From positions 1 through 48,695 of the forward strand of contig JYFJ02002928.1 of assembly GCA_000934665.2 (NCBI GenBank): a DNA stretch of 48,695 nt, written 5' to 3'. Below the pieces are notes generated by a model. That model was given only the letters and a program-made list of their open reading frames with translations, was not told where the DNA came from and made no database searches. The translations under genes were made by a program, and so were the position numbers. How positions within the stretch are numbered: the first letter of the stretch is position 1; each line of letters begins with the position of its first letter. This stretch comes from Catajapyx aquilonaris (lineage: Eukaryota). Positions 47,201 to 48,695 of this stretch are shown piece by piece.

Positions 47201-48695
47201 CAATGCAGATTGAGTGCACTTCAGAAATTATGCTTCATTTGAATAGAAATTGACTTCTGTCGATCTGTCCTTTTTGGGGGGAAAATATATATATAATGGA
47301 TAAAAATAGGGAATTTGAAGCCATTTCCATTCGGATGAACTCAGTTTTGTATGAAGCCCTACGTTAATTCAGTTTGAATGTTGATTGCGTGTCATTAGAG
47401 CAGCCGTTAAACCTCTAATCGTGCGTAACCAATCTCTCCACCCCCCCTCCTATTCGTCCCTCAAAAAAATTGATTTGACTACCAAGTCAAAACCACATTA
47501 CCATGGACTGCTTGGTACATCTGCTCCCATTTTCGCGGGGGCTTGAATCCCGAATGAATCAGTCATACTCAACCGACATGCGAATAAAGGGAGCAAGGAA
47601 ACGGCGTCGAAATGCGAATAGCAATGGGGCCGAAAAATGCAAATAATCAATCACGTTGGATTAGCCAGGGGAAGGAGGAGCGGGAGGGGGAAAAGAGGGA
47701 AGACATAAGAGGGCAAAGCTGACATGCAACTCACGTAACACTGACTTATCAAGCTTTCGATTTTTTTTTTCCGCCACTTCCACGAGCTTCCTCTGAAATT
47801 GTCGCTTCTAATGGGACTTGGGGGAAAGCTTCCCAGTCGCTGATGAGGACTTTTTTGTGCCTCCCTCCCTCCCTCTCCTCCTCCCGGCTCCTTTTTTCTG
47901 GAAGATGTGGAAGGTGCAAAGTGACTGCCAAGAGGACTCTCCTAGGTGACTCTCGTCGCGCTGCTAATCAAGGGCCCATTTGACACTGGAGGTAGGGTAG
48001 GTGGGTGGGAAGAGGCAGGGAGGTGGGGAGGATTTTACGAAACTCAGGCCGGAATGGCGGGGGTGGATTAGCCTGGATTGACAGCTAGGGCTAAGTTCGT
48101 TACCTGCATTCATTTCTCTAATTAATGTCGGTTCATTTATTTTTGTATCATTTGCGCACCAATTTGCCAGCGGAAAATGCCATTTCCCACTGCCTGAAAA
48201 AATTAGTCGTAGTAGGGAGTAAACTACATATATGGCCGGTTTGTGTCTAATTCTGCTAGCAGCCAATAAATGAAGCCTATGAAAATGAACCTTAAGGCCA
48301 CAAAATTAGTTAAAGTGGACAACTGATATTTACCAGGCCTATATTCAAGACGCACAACTACAGAAGTACTGTATAGCGCACATTTTCAGCAATATTATCT
48401 CAGAAATCCTCGTACTTTGATCCCAGGTTGGCCAAGAATGTAGGAATCATATTTATCTCCACGAAGAAAGGTGGGGCTATAAACCAGCGACTCTTAAAGA
48501 CCCATTTTCCTAACGGATTAGGTCAAAATGTCATAAATCCGGAAAGAATATTATAATGCAACTGACTTTTCTGAGGTTGAGTTTGTGTTTAGGATGAAAA
48601 CAAATGTGCCGAATGGAATGTGACGCAGAAACTGAAGTTTGTGAGTGGGCGTGAACCCCCCCCCCCCTCTCCCTCCTTGCCTGCCTTCCTTCCTT

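Noticed and set aside
4900..47850. Hammerhead ribozyme cores (CTGATGA/CTGAAGA occurrences)
   Set aside because: None checked had a stem II plus GAAA in the right arrangement.

Overview
Eukaryotic, very probably arthropod, non-coding DNA (intergenic or inside a large intron). No intact protein-coding gene, rRNA, true tRNA or CRISPR array can be supported; nearly all listed ORFs are short and several are microsatellite or palindrome artefacts. The window is a mosaic of small non-autonomous mobile elements. It holds five copies of one tRNA-headed SINE family (several with clear TSDs), a second SINE with a different head but the same 3' tail, and other SINE fragments. It also holds two non-autonomous Helitrons, two Tc1/mariner deletion derivatives with transposase remnants, a Chapaev3-like element hosting a triple nest, and more than a dozen palindromic/foldback MITEs with TA, TTA or TCA TSDs. 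Microsatellites and short tandem duplications fill gaps. The last ~4.4 kb is free of recognisable TEs and rich in homeodomain-type motifs, as expected near a developmental gene (inference). The most interesting signals are (i) SINE copies with near-identical blocks separated by hypervariable segments plus a compensatorily varying 3' stem-loop, (ii) a mariner foldback made of two right ends, (iii) the triple TE nest carrying TTAGG repeats and (iv) one isolated 84-nt exon candidate. All alignments were done by eye; superfamily names rest on termini and TSDs, not database searches.
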